DNA of 64,000 nucleotides from NCBI GenBank assembly GCA_002633005.1, contig NMRA01000210.1, forward strand, positions 628,883-692,882. Reading direction: 5' to 3'. Every line of letters starts with the position of its first letter. Positions within the stretch are counted from its first letter, which is position 1. Position numbers and translations under genes: made by a program. Under the pieces are notes generated by a model. The model made no database searches. It worked only from the letters and a program-made list of their open reading frames with translations, and was not told the origin of the DNA. The DNA comes from Phoronis australis (taxonomy: Eukaryota; Animalia; Phoronida). Of the stretch, positions 51,301 to 63,592 are shown piece by piece.

Positions 51301-54300
51301 GAAGAGGTGTGGCAACCCAGACATCGTTTCAGACGACGATTATGAGAATGAGCACTCGCGCAGACGTCGCTTCGTCTTGGTTGAGGACAGTTTTCAGAAA
51401 CTTGAACTCAAATACAAGTACGTGTCCTTGAACTGTTAACTTAAAATACAAGCCTCTGCTATGTTGCAGGCAATTTTAATGAAAAGATAAATTGATGTGA
51501 GATATAAGTTATCCAGTAGACAAGAATAAGGAAAAATTATAAATCTGTAGTGGGTTTACTTGAGAAACAAACGGCAACGTTTCTTCAGCCACTACTGACA
51601 TTGATTGTTCTTTTATTTGGACTTGCACAAAGCTGACTGTGCGCTGGAGGTTGGAAGAGGCCAGAGCCCTCGGTTTCGAGTTGAGCATGCCGTAGCGCGT
51701 GCGCACTCGCGTAGTTGAAAACTATGTAGAGTAAACAAGTGCAAAACAGCGACTAAATGTAAAACAGTGCTTGTTTATGTCACCAGTCCGTGAATATTGC
51801 TGGATTCTTTCGACACTGAAATTTACAGATTATTCCTGAAGTTTGCGTTTATTCCATGCAAGGATGTCAGCTTCCCTGAGTTAGCAGATGCCGGGGTGAT
51901 TGGCGAAAGCGGCAATCTGCATTTTACCTATAGCCAGGAGTTTGAGTGACGGCTTAACTGACCAATCACAACGCAACATTCTTGACACACCTTCGTTTCC
52001 AAGTCGCCATTTTACCCAACAAACAACTCGTTGCCGGGTACAATGTATTGTTTGTTTGTAGACAGTTCACAAGGGGGTGGAGCTTGCGATAGGTCGAATG
52101 GAATTTTAAAAAACTTCAGTTGTAATAATTTGAAGACTTGTTTTGTCTTTTTCTGGAAGGTTAAGTAACGATACAAAAACAAACCATGGGGAGGACGTTT
52201 TGAAAACATGACTGGCTTTGTAAATTACCGGATTATCACTTAAATCAACGGCTTTACACTCCAGAATTGCGCAGAGGTGTTTCTCAGCAAGAAAGAGTTC
52301 GTGATAGTGCTGCAAAAGTTTGGAAATGACATAATAACAACTTTTTGATCTAACTTGTCGACGTCTTTCGTCGTCTTCCTAATAGAAACCTACTTCCCAA
52401 ATTTCATGAAAATCTGTCGAGCAACTCTAATGATAGAGCAACTCTAATGATAGGAAGGCAAACGTAGACTTAAATTGTCGAATAAGTCCCTCCATAAAAA
52501 TACAGCTGCCAAATTTACAACGAGCCTGCTAAGGATTCCGGAGATAAAGCCGCGAATGCCGGACAGGTGGCGGACCGGGCAAAGATGACAGCAATATGTA
52601 CCTATCAATACATGTGTGGGTGATTAAAAACGACGGTTTTTGCCCCTCGAAGTCAAGACGCAGGCATCACCAAAATGTCTGAACTCAAAGAGTTCACGCT
52701 ATATACGCGACACGTGTACCAATGTTTAGTCAGGGACAAGTTGATGGAAACTACTTAATTTTAGTTGCAAAAGTTTCGCCTTAAGTGCGGGACAACCAGC
52801 ACCGTCGACGAAAAATTCTTTAAATCGAATTTTTGACTCCCAAAGTTTCGTAATCAGTGGACGATGAGCTGTAGTGTAGGAGAACAATTCGTGAGCACTT
52901 TCCCCTGTCAACTTGATTTTTCTTGTATGACTAAGTATTTCTAATCCATTATACAAAAAGTTCCCATGTTTAGTTTGCACGTTCTGTCAAGTATGTTGAC
53001 CAGTAGAGGGCGCTTCACACAGCAGCATAAGCCAATCCCAAACTGAGAAAACAGAAAAAATGGAACCCATATCTTGTACCAGCGATAGATGCACATTATA
53101 CAACTACTCGGGTTACCAGAGTGAAAATCCTAGCTGGTTAATTTGTTGATCTTAGTCTGATCATGAAACAGTAGGCAATAAAATGGGTTTTCTTGCACAA
53201 TACGTGTTAGTATTTTCGCCAGTGTTTACAGGGGTTTGGAAAAAATAATCAAATGGGGCTATTCGGAGAATTCTCCTCGCGGTGTCGCTGCTGTACTAGT
53301 GGTGATTGAATTGCGCATGCGTGGCTGTCTGCATATAAACAACTGGTAAAAGATGGAATTTTTATCAAAATACGTTGTCGCGCTAAGCCTTATTACTGCT
53401 AATTTCCCTGGTGCAAGTCTTCGACAGGTGGTCACAAATTCCCAAAAGACCTAAGGTTCTATATTCGTGGACAATTGCGGTCAACAGGGTCAACTATCTG
53501 ACAAAAAGTGTGTGGATGCTGAAGCCCCGTGTGTGCTCTATGTCTATGACTATGCAGTTCCGTTCGGAGACTACACAACATTACTTGGTAAGTTTTTGGC
53601 AATCAGTTTCTATCAACATCGTTCGGTGATGTTATCCCCACCAGTTACCCCACTGAATAACAGTTTTATTGAATGAAACTAAGTGTTTCTTTTTGGAAAC
53701 TCACCCGATGCCGGGTAGGCTAGCAGCACATATTCATATTGTCCTGGGTGGGAGTGCTCCCAAAATAAGAGGTGTATGGTACGTGATGCACAGAAGTCAA
53801 GAGTGACTTTTTCACAGCAGTTTCTCTTCAAAACTATGCTGTTTCCAATAAAATTCTCTAGATGAGTGAGTTTCCTTATTTTATCGTGGACCCCACCCCC
53901 AGGACCACCAGCTCAGTTATCGAATTAACATGAATAAGCCTTAATTCAGTAAATGTCGTAACATTGCATTGGAAAAAAATTGACACCTAGAATGAATTTT
54001 ACTTGTTGAGATCAGAAGCACATTTTAAGTGTCATGAAAAATACACATTGTTAAATCACTTTTAGCCTGTTTCACATATTTTAATTCAGATATTAAATAA
54101 GACTTGGGTACAAAGGTTATTAGTTTCTACACATAAACATGAAGATGAAATGTCAAGTATGTTCTGCCTTACAAAAGTAGTTTTGTCTTGTCTTTTCTTT
54201 TACAATTTGCTAATATTTCTATTCTGTTACAGGCAAGAAAAAACAACTGAAACCAACCGCCTGACCATCTATTTCACCGTTGGACAAAGTGAAAAGCAAT

Positions 54301-57300
54301 CCTTCAGCAATAACCTGAGAGAATTGAACGTAATTCAGAAATTCAGCACCTGATATGCCTGATTATGGACTCCCTCGCAATGTTGTTTCTTTCTGTGCTT
54401 TTTCAGTTTGCCATTTGTTTTTAAATACACTGATAATTGTTTATTCTCGAATCTTGTGCATAGCAGCTAGCTACAATTGAAAACATACAATAAGACAATC
54501 GATGCAGTCACTGAATGTCATTTCCCCATAATCTGTACCAAATTGAAAAGTTTTTACCAATAGTATAAAGCCTTTCTTCTGAAAGGAAAATTTAATGTCA
54601 CTCAGCTTTTGGCTTTCATTTCACTGGGTTCTAGTTTCAATGGCCTATAGAAGCGCTTGTAAAAAAGGTCCAGTTTCAACACGTGGCTTTCTTTCATGTA
54701 ACCTCATTCAGCCTCAATAACATCCACAATTAGACCCTTGAAGGTAAACACAGCAGCATATCACTTGAATCGTTTTGAGCCCAAAATCAGACTCTGAACT
54801 AGACCAGAGTGTGACTATGTCTTCTTTAGCTTCAGTCCCTCATGTTTCTTCCAGGAAAGGAAATAAACTATTGTCCACACATGACTCATTGCCTATGAAA
54901 GGGCATCCTCACCAAAAAGGCTTATTTGTGTAGCAGTCAGATATAGTTCGTCTGGATACACAGACATTCCACTGGCACATTGTCTTATGGTAACTTAGTA
55001 CTGCGATTCACATTTCTCCAAGGCCACTGACTTGCACATTGTGCCATGCAGCACTGCTGGTATGCGGAAGTGCTGTGGGAAGAGAACGGAGTAACAAAGG
55101 TTGTCTATGATGCAGCTTGAAGTGGCCTTAAAATGTCACTGAACCTGGAACAAATATTGAAATATGAATAATTAAGTACTCCAGATTGGATCAAAAATCT
55201 TATCCCTGTTTTTCAAAAATATATGGTGATTGGTCTACAGTTTCACATAAAAGTAAATAGTTACTATTTTCAGAAACCAAGGGTGTATATAATGAGTATT
55301 GTATACAACTGTGTCTTTATTTCTTATCCCTAGCCATAACAATTCTTTAAACGCATCACTTGTCTGTAAAATATACAAGTTTTTTTGAGACAACTTCAAA
55401 CCTTTGTTACCCGTTTTCAAGCCTTTTTAATGTTGTTGCTTTCAGCAATTTTAAACTCAGATTACAGGTTCATGGGTCTGTCAAGCATACTTCTAGCCTA
55501 AGGTTGAGGGAACCGTTTTTCTTCTAAAAGAAGATATGAAGACGTGGGTCATTTAAAAATGGTGGATAATCTTTCTGTTGTTTAAGAGTAATTACAAATC
55601 GTAATGCACCATCAAAAATGCAATTTTCACAAAAATGGCAGTCATTTGAATTTTTTACGTCTTGCAACATTTCAAGACATGAGTTAAAGGAGAATGCCAC
55701 CCGATTTAATTAGTCTTTTTGCCCTCTTAATCGGTGTATATAAAAATCGCCTCGCATACCGTCGACCTTACCTTGCCAAGAGGTGTCGCGTTAACCTGTG
55801 AGGAAGGTGAGAAACGACGTTAGTGACGTTAGTGGTTCATATGCAGAGTGAATGCCGCTACGTTGGGGTGCATAGTTCCCGCTTGTCTGAACTAAGCAGC
55901 TGCCAGGAAAGCGGGTATATCGTTTTTTTTACTTCCTCGAGAGTCCGAAATGCTAAGGAAGTGGCTCATGGTAGTGAAGAATGAAATGTACGCTGTAAAT
56001 AGCAAGTATGAGGCTGTGAAACATCTCCGTGTCTGTGGCCTGCAGACGTCGACAGTACGCACGAATGCCGGCTTACCAAAGAACTCCATACGTTCCGTTC
56101 AGTGTTTGAGCTTGTTCACGGCGCCTCTCTAGTAATTCTTCATCACTGTATTCCTGTTCTAATTGACAGCCTGTAAAACTTAACGATCCACCTGCGAAGT
56201 CGGGACTGATGAGCTCTAGCTCGTCCTAAGTCGGGATTGCGAGTTGCCATTTTGGTGTTTATTACTGAGGGTTCTGTTTCAAAAGGAATTATTCTCACCC
56301 TAACCAATACTTATATAAACCTGAAACAAAGTCTGTCTCATTAGATGCAATTTGTAATGCATTTGGAGTGTTCGTGAGTGCAAATAATTTGAGAAGCCAG
56401 ATAAATCACTGCGTAACCGGCTTTAGGTACAATAAAACTAGTTGATGGGACACCGAGGCCGTGTGAGTTTAGTGTTTGCTGGCAGAAACTGTTGTGAAAC
56501 AACTCGATTGCCATCCCGCGGCCATTTGTTAGGGGAATCTTTATTTACATTTACATTACTCACATAATGATTGTCAATGTACAACTTCTGCCCTGTGCTG
56601 TGGCCAAAGCGGAACCTGAATTCGCGGCCCCCGACGAGTAAGTAGACTCAGTTTCGTGACTAATTCACCAACATAATCACGTGAACATTACTTTAGCTCA
56701 CTAGTATAGTATTTTCGTGACTGGAAGTTTAGTTTCCACTGAACTTTGGCTGGTTTATGTTGGTGATGCCTGATCAGTTTCCGAGCCACTGGCCGGGATA
56801 ACGACTCAATCCGGCCGGCCGCGACGCTGGGGCCTGATCGGGCTCCGAGCCACTGGCCAGGATAAGAAGCGTTTTGTGTTTAGAACTCAAAAAATCACAA
56901 GTCTAAACAACACAGATCTAGGTTCTCCTGTCTGTACCTCACGGAAAATACTTCGAAATTATCTATGAACACACCCCAAATTCATGCTACGGACCTTATT
57001 GGCCTGCCGAACTTTGTAGGCTACGGTGTGTCCAAATACCAATAAATCCGTAAGAGCGAAATAAAACAACACGTTTTTATAAGAACTCGGTGTATTTTTA
57101 AGGGCTTTACATTGAAGTTTGATGATTTATTGGTGCTAAACGATGACTTCAAGCGATAAGCTGACACCAGTAACCCGTGTTGTGAACTGCTGAACAGACT
57201 GCGCGTGAAACCGATGACGTCATTGGATAATTTCAACACCGCCGTCAGGTGTCAGGTAACGCAACCGTACGTGTCGTTATTGAGTAGAACTACTCGATCT

Positions 57301-60300
57301 AAATTGATACAAATTAGGCTGTTTTTTGGGTGGCATGCTCCTTTAAGACTATTCAGTCACAGTGAATTCGGAAAATGTAATATATTTTCGTGGTTTTACA
57401 ATTGATACAAGTAGCAAAACAGTTTCATGAAATCAACTTGAATGGACTTCTTGAAGGTTAAGAATTACCTCACTATGCTCTTTTCCCCAAACATTATTAC
57501 CTGTTATTTCCACACATTCAGTTGTACCAAATATTACAACCCCCCATGCCAATCCCCCTCGGGACCTGAATAAGTAATTTAACAAAATGACTTTAAAAAT
57601 AGCTGTTCTTTTTCAAAGGCTTTGTTCGTTGTCTCCAATATTGAAAGTAGGCTTTGACAACAAATCTTCACTGGATGGGAAGATCTTGTTGGTTTGCTGC
57701 AGTCAAATGCTAAAAACCAATTTTTGTCTATTCAGGGCCGGTGCAGAAGCGATGCATATCTCCTCTGCACGGTACAAGCCTTCAAACCTAAAAACCAAAG
57801 GTTACGTGAAAACTGACGTGATAGATTTCCATTTCAACGTGTAATAGATTTCTAGAAGACGTATGATAGGGAGTAAACAAATGGTCTAATGCAATGGATA
57901 TTTATCACTCACGTACCCTTTGCCATTGGGATTGGATTGTAATCTTAACTCATTAACCTGTATCGAGTTGACAGCATAAACATTCAGCATTGATTGATTT
58001 AACTGTCACTGATAAACTTTTAGAAATCATTCCAAACGATAATAATGCTTTGATGTACGAAAAGATCCCGATTGCTACGTCAAGTATCGTATCACATATC
58101 ACAACATACAAAGATTAACCAGACTCTGGCAGGCGACTGCCTGCCGCGAAGTCGACATCGGCGAGTGCCTCAGTTAACAGGCATCGGTAGAATAATCATG
58201 GAATAATCGTTAAAATAATCACAAACCTTACCTTTGCATGAGGTCGTGCTTACTTCTTCTCATAGAAGCACCCTTTTTACGCAATCTCAGATTCAGTTGG
58301 CATGGCTGCAAGCCATTTCACCATGTATTTAAAGGGCTCGCGAAATCGAGGCTGTTAATCTATCACCACTAGTACACGCCCGCCCTCTAGTTGTAGTAGA
58401 TTTTCCGAATAGCCCCATTGGTAAGTGGAGCCTTGAATTACTAAAATGTTTTTATTTTGTTCTACTAATTTGAAAAGGCATCATTTGAGAATTAGTTATT
58501 AAAGTTCATTTCATAAATGATTTTAGCGAAAATGAAGACCAGAAGAAGCGCAGCCACAGTTACATTGTTTTGTGTCTGAGCTATTAAGAAGAATATTACA
58601 TTAAAGAATATAAATCTGAATAATACAAAGTACTGGGAGAACGGGCTCAACAGTCAGAAAGACTAACTCCACACGTGGCATTTAATATGTTTTCAACCCT
58701 GTCAGCACACATAATTTATTATTTTTATCAGTATGTGTCCAACGTAATAAATGTTGGTTGTTTGTCGTGACTTCTGCAGCGGGTACGACAAATAAATGCT
58801 GTTTAATGGGTCTGCATTAGTCATTACTAAACACAGCGTTTTGTGGGCACGTTTAAAATGTAAGTCGTTACAAATACAGTTTTCCTTGAACAACAACACT
58901 TGTGTGCATTTAACAAAATGTGTCAATCCTTCTTCGGTTTACAAATTTACATCTTTGAAACATCAGAACATTCACCAAAACTGAGAAATTAAGGGTACAA
59001 ATTAAAACATCAGTAATGTAGTAAACGTTGATAGATATTCGTTATTTGACTTTTGCATATTTCAATAACGCAATTCTGTGCTCCATAGTACGTATCTATT
59101 CACGGGACTCACCTAACTTGTTTCAAAAGTGCGGGTGTTGATTGTAAGTGACTGTTTACTTCAATGTGGAGGGTTTGTTGAAGTTGTGAAAACGGTTTCT
59201 AAAACTCTGTGGCGTGTCCTGGTTGTGATATGGGTTGAGTATCGCTGGTAAAAGTCCACGAAAGGTAATACAAAATCCAGAGCTTCTTTTGTTCTACTAT
59301 TTTCTTCATTAGTCATACTTCATTATAATTTTTTATTAACAAAATATTACCACGCCCCCTTACCCTCCCACACTCCTGCAGTTGAGGAACTGCTCCTAAA
59401 TTCATCATTTGTTTAATACAAACACCAAAACGGTACGGTTTGTAATTGTACCACCAGAGTAGTGTGAATTTTTGAAAAGCTTATTTTTACAGCTATTGAT
59501 AGTTTGATTTGTTCAATGTGATCAACATTGTCTAAATGTGTCTATAAATGCCCGGATATCTTGTTTTATCAATAATGATGTACAAGAACAATAAATTTTA
59601 ACATTTTGTCCGTTTCCATCAAATTGGCAACTAAAATGGCGGGAACATTTCATATTTGAAAAGTACATCTATGAATGACGTGGATACCAGGTGAAGTTAC
59701 TACAACAGGTCAAAGTTCAATGTGTGCCGATGCTTCATTTACTGAAGCTATTTATGAGCTTACTACATTTTTGCAGTGGCATCACAGTGCTCCCACCTGA
59801 ACATGTGTTGAAGTTCAATGTTAAGGGTATCTCAAACCTTATTCACAAAAATTGACCGTTTTCACATTTCACAAACATCTAGCAAAACACCTTAGCCTCA
59901 TTCTTGGGGAACTTCAAGTACGACGGACATATCGTGTAGCGGGTAAAAAAGATTTACCAGAACCACTTTCAACAGAGTGGAAATTTGTTTACTACTTATC
60001 CAAGGTCAAAGGTTACGAAGCTGTCACTCTGATCGAAACTCACGCTCTTGGCATGTGCACTTTCCACAATTTACAGTCCTTACATCAACCGAGTCCCATA
60101 AGATTTAACATGATCTAACAAAATTTTAATCAACCAATCACAACTCGCACGTAAATGTAAATGGTGTTGCAGGATCGAGATTTACTCAACTAAAATGTCA
60201 GTTGAGGACCAAAATTATCAAGTGAGGCTGTCCTTCGAACAATGGGCCAACCACAGCGGACTCTCATTCACTCAAGTGTTTGACGATTCTCCAGCAGACC

Positions 60301-61850
60301 TCTTTATCAAATTCGTTAAGAAAGAGCACGGCGATGACTACCCATTTGATGGTAAGTATCATGTTGATCAGTTGCTTCAGTACTCTTAACTTTAACTTTG
60401 TGTTTGACTTTTTGAGACATCAAAGATCTATAGGGTGCTTTACAATGCAAGTGAACCAGTGCGAGAATAAGGTTATCTCAAATCTTATTTAGTGACCTTC
60501 ATTCTAACTAATGTATCAAAAAACAAGCTACGCCAAGTAGTAAAAGTGTATGTTTTCTGAAAGAAAAAGACCAGATTATAAAATATGTTTTTTATTGATG
60601 AACCATTATTATTATTACGTTAAAACCTTTTTAAGTCAAAATTTCATTTTTAAGAAAGGTACATGGGTAGCAAAACAACGCCGTGGTAGATTTTAATTAA
60701 ACCCTTCATAAATGAAAACTTCACCATGTACTTCTAAAACGCTGTAAGGAATTTCCTATTACTCATTTAATTTTGTTTCTATGACAAATTAACTCGCGAA
60801 ACGTAAAGTATTTTTGAGATTGATGAATAAATACTAAAATTTGAAAAGTTTCAGTGAAATTCACCGTGCCGTTTTCGCAAACTTGTGTTCCTAAGTTGAA
60901 ATTAAGCCGATTTGCCGAAGCCGAGGAAAACGTTGAGAGTTGTCAAAGTCTCACGGTTGTCACTTAATTATTCGGTTAAAACTTGTTTTTGGTCACTATA
61001 ACTTATACATCCCTTCACCAGTTACAGTTTTGTTTCAGTGACTTTGCTCGAGCATAAAACGGGCTTCTTTATATAATGAATTGATTGATTGATTGATTGA
61101 TTGATTGCAGGACCTGGCTCAGTTTTGGCACATGCTTTTTTCCCAAAAACTGGAATCGCTCATTTTGATGATGACGAAAACTGGGCTCTTAATCCTGAAG
61201 ACGGTATGTTCAACGAATTCTGTTTAGAACAAGCTGGTCTTGGAAGTTATCGTAACTTGTTTATTCGGTAGTGTAAGTAACGGAAATAGACAACGTTGAA
61301 ATCAAATTAACATTAAGTAACATTTTAAAATTTGACTATGGTCAAAATGCTCTCAGTAAAAACAACTGTACGCTCTACAGGAGTTTTGTTCATCAGATAA
61401 ATAAAATAACTCAAACAGGAGAATTTATTTTTGACATATCGACAACGCCGGCCTGAACAACAGCTTTCACGTTTCTTTCTGTGGATGGAGCCGAGAGATA
61501 TCAGCTTTACCGGTTGCATAACACCTGGAAATGTTACTTACACTTACAGCTTTGAACACATTTCTGAACAAATTTAGTAACTTTTTCACAGACAAGTGTG
61601 ACACGAAATGTTATTAAAGTTGCGGAGAGGACTTGCACAGTATGGTCGTATTGACTTCCATGAATGACTGTCGTTTTGATTGCAGGTACGTTCTTCGGTT
61701 ACGTTAGTCTTCATGAATTTGGTCATTTGTTGGGCTTAAAACACACAGACAACTTCAAAGCTGTTATGGCTCCGTACTACAAGACAGATCCCAACCCGAA
61801 ACTGCACCTTGATGACATTGAAGGAATTGTGCAACTATATTCTGCAGTTC
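48290..61850 (+). CDS. Matrix metalloproteinase (matrixin, M10A), exons 48290-48370, 51143-51417, 60173-60351, 61111-61203, 61686-61850; probably continues beyond the window
   Basis: Signal peptide MLVWCTLVLLGCLGCSLG; prodomain AIKNFQHFAAINETGELDAAT; cysteine switch KRCGNPD; furin site RRRR; [40 protein letters not shown]; Met-turn AVMAP; all splice phases agree. Confidence 0.93.
50505..50844. mobile_element. PIF/Harbinger-like MITE in MMP intron 1
   Basis: ctg|gggccggttgcatgaaaca..tgtttcatgcaaccgggca. Confidence 0.7.
51143..51417 (+). CDS. MMP exon 2 (prodomain, cysteine switch, furin site)
   Basis: tttcag|GGC, AA|gtacgt; KRCGNPD and RRRR. Confidence 0.92.
51957..52093 (+). repeat. About 135-bp hairpin-containing dispersed repeat, copy 2
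   Basis: Aligns collinearly with 10868-11002. Confidence 0.8.
53255..58416 (+). mobile_element. ISL2EU-type DNA transposon, copy B (decayed THAP ORF on +, SAP/YqaJ ORF on -) in MMP intron 2
   Basis: AT TSD; TIR ggggctattcgga; THAP-like CKSSTGGHKFPKD..WTIAVNR..RVCS at about 53405-53580; YqaJ-like PAVLHG..VALEK..LKLKK..VFTFKGLIV..KLDLFYK at about 54645-55060 (-); SAP-like LRKRGASM..SKHDL.QR at 58232-58324 (-). Confidence 0.85.
55688..57342 (-). mobile_element. KolX-only Kolobok-type element, copy B, nested in ISL2EU copy B
   Basis: TTAA TSD (55684-55687, 57343-57346); same TIRs and collinear with 40114-41814. Confidence 0.85.
60173..60351 (+). CDS. MMP exon 3 (catalytic domain)
   Basis: ttgcag|G, GATG|gtaagt; [32 protein letters not shown]. 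Confidence 0.92.
61079..61107. repeat. (ATTG)n microsatellite abutting the MMP exon 4 acceptor
   Basis: aattgattgattgattgattgattgattgcag. Confidence 0.9.
61111..61203 (+). CDS. MMP exon 4 (catalytic domain)
   Basis: ttgcag|GA, GACG|gtatgt; [21 protein letters not shown]. Confidence 0.92.
61686..61850 (+). CDS. MMP exon 5 (zinc-binding motif, Met-turn)
   Basis: ttgcag|GT; [31 protein letters not shown]; donor gtaagt at 61851, or read-through to TAG at 61859-61861. Confidence 0.92.
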
Positions 61851-62025
61851 GTAAGTTTTAGCTCAGAAAACCACGCACGGAGACAAAATTTACCATCACG
61901 AAGTTTTAGCTCAGCAAATCATTACTCACGCAAGGAGACAAAATTCAACATCACGAAGTTTCAACTCAGCAAACCATGACTCGCGCACGGAGACAAAATT
62001 CACCATCACGAACTTTTCGTTCAAC
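61850..62025. repeat. Minisatellite, about 55-bp unit, 3 copies, beginning at the end of MMP exon 5
   Basis: Unit cgaagttttagctcagcaaa..cacgcacggagacaaaattcaccatca. Confidence 0.85.
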
Positions 62026-63592
62026 TAACGTGTTCAGTAAATTCGGTCAACTTAATTTTCAAGTAAACGAAAGTTATACAGTATTTACTTCCTGGAAAAA
62101 TAACAAAATTACTAAGAGTGAATATCAATAATTCTTTTATTGTAAGATTTGTGATTAAAATTAAGTAAAGACATCACTGAAACTATTTTTCAAACTCGAA
62201 AAATTCTCTCTTTGTCCGATGCGAACATCATGTAGATTTGACGACACTTTGTTTTCCGTGTTTTTAAAAAACAACATGCATATTTTAATATGGTTAAGTT
62301 CGTAATGCAGCATGAAGGTTATCAACTCAATTGGATAAACTTTTGCAAATCATTGTCACACGGGTTCAAGAATAAGTTCCTTCTCTCTTTCTGTTGTCAT
62401 TGCTTGGAATCTCAGTGAAGAATTGTGTATAGGACTGAATGAACCGTATGTCAGCGTGGCCAACATTGACCTATTTCTTGAAAGTTACTTCGACCTTACG
62501 CTCACACTTCAGGATTGCCGAGAAAATTGTTTAGTCAAGTAATTATGAACGCATCAGAATATAGAAATAAACGACAATTTTTTTCAGTAACTATCAGTTA
62601 GACGTATGTTCTCAGAAGATTCTTATTTTTCTCGAGTGAAATTTAATCATTTTTGGAAATAATTGTGTGGAGCGTAAGAGTGATTTTCAGTCTTGAGTCT
62701 TTTAAGACTTAAAAGTCACTTTTCGTAAAATACAACCCAGGTGGCATGTGAGATTTTAATTAGACTGTATAAATAGCTAACAAACAAAAGTCGAAATTGG
62801 TCTTTAGTTTTCGTGAAATAGGTTTCGTATTCCATACTGTGATAGGATTCCATTTCCGTTGGCAAGTCAAGTCACAGAGAAAGTAAGTTTCGAATTTGCA
62901 ACTTCAGGGTGGTCAACCTCAATAAACTCTGAACTGTTTTCTATGAGTAGCCAATTGGCTTCGATGTTCTTGTTGGTAACGGAATCAGAGTCCTATTACA
63001 GTAAAGTACGTCAATTTTATGAGTGTGAAGTCTCTCGGCACACTAACACTTCTTTCGACACTCGGTATAGTTGTCGATCATCCAGAGAACAACTATATAG
63101 CAGATCACCAAATTAAAATGACGTTATATTTCGAGACCGGTTATGTCTCATTTTCATGTTGAAGTAAAATGGCATATGGCAACAGCAGTCGGTCACAGAA
63201 GGCCCCAACGCAGTAGTGTGCAAGTGTACAGTAAAACGCGAACTACAGACGCAATGGGAGGCACAAATCAAAAGGATACTAAACCATGCTTTGGTGATTT
63301 CAGCCAGTACTCGTTTTGTCATCGTGTAATGCACCATTGGCGCCAATCTCTAAAGCTAAAAGCAAGAATCAACTAAAAACTTATTTATGATCGACATATG
63401 TCCCGAATGATATATAATAGCTCGTGCGTCTCAAGCTCGTTACCAGAGATGAAACAAGATGGGGTAGGCGATATAACGTCATCGATTATGACTAATACAA
63501 TTACAAGTAAGGCCATTATATGACTAACACAATTACAAGTAATAGATAGTGACTAAACATAAGTAAGGTAAAAAATACCAATCTCTGGTAAG

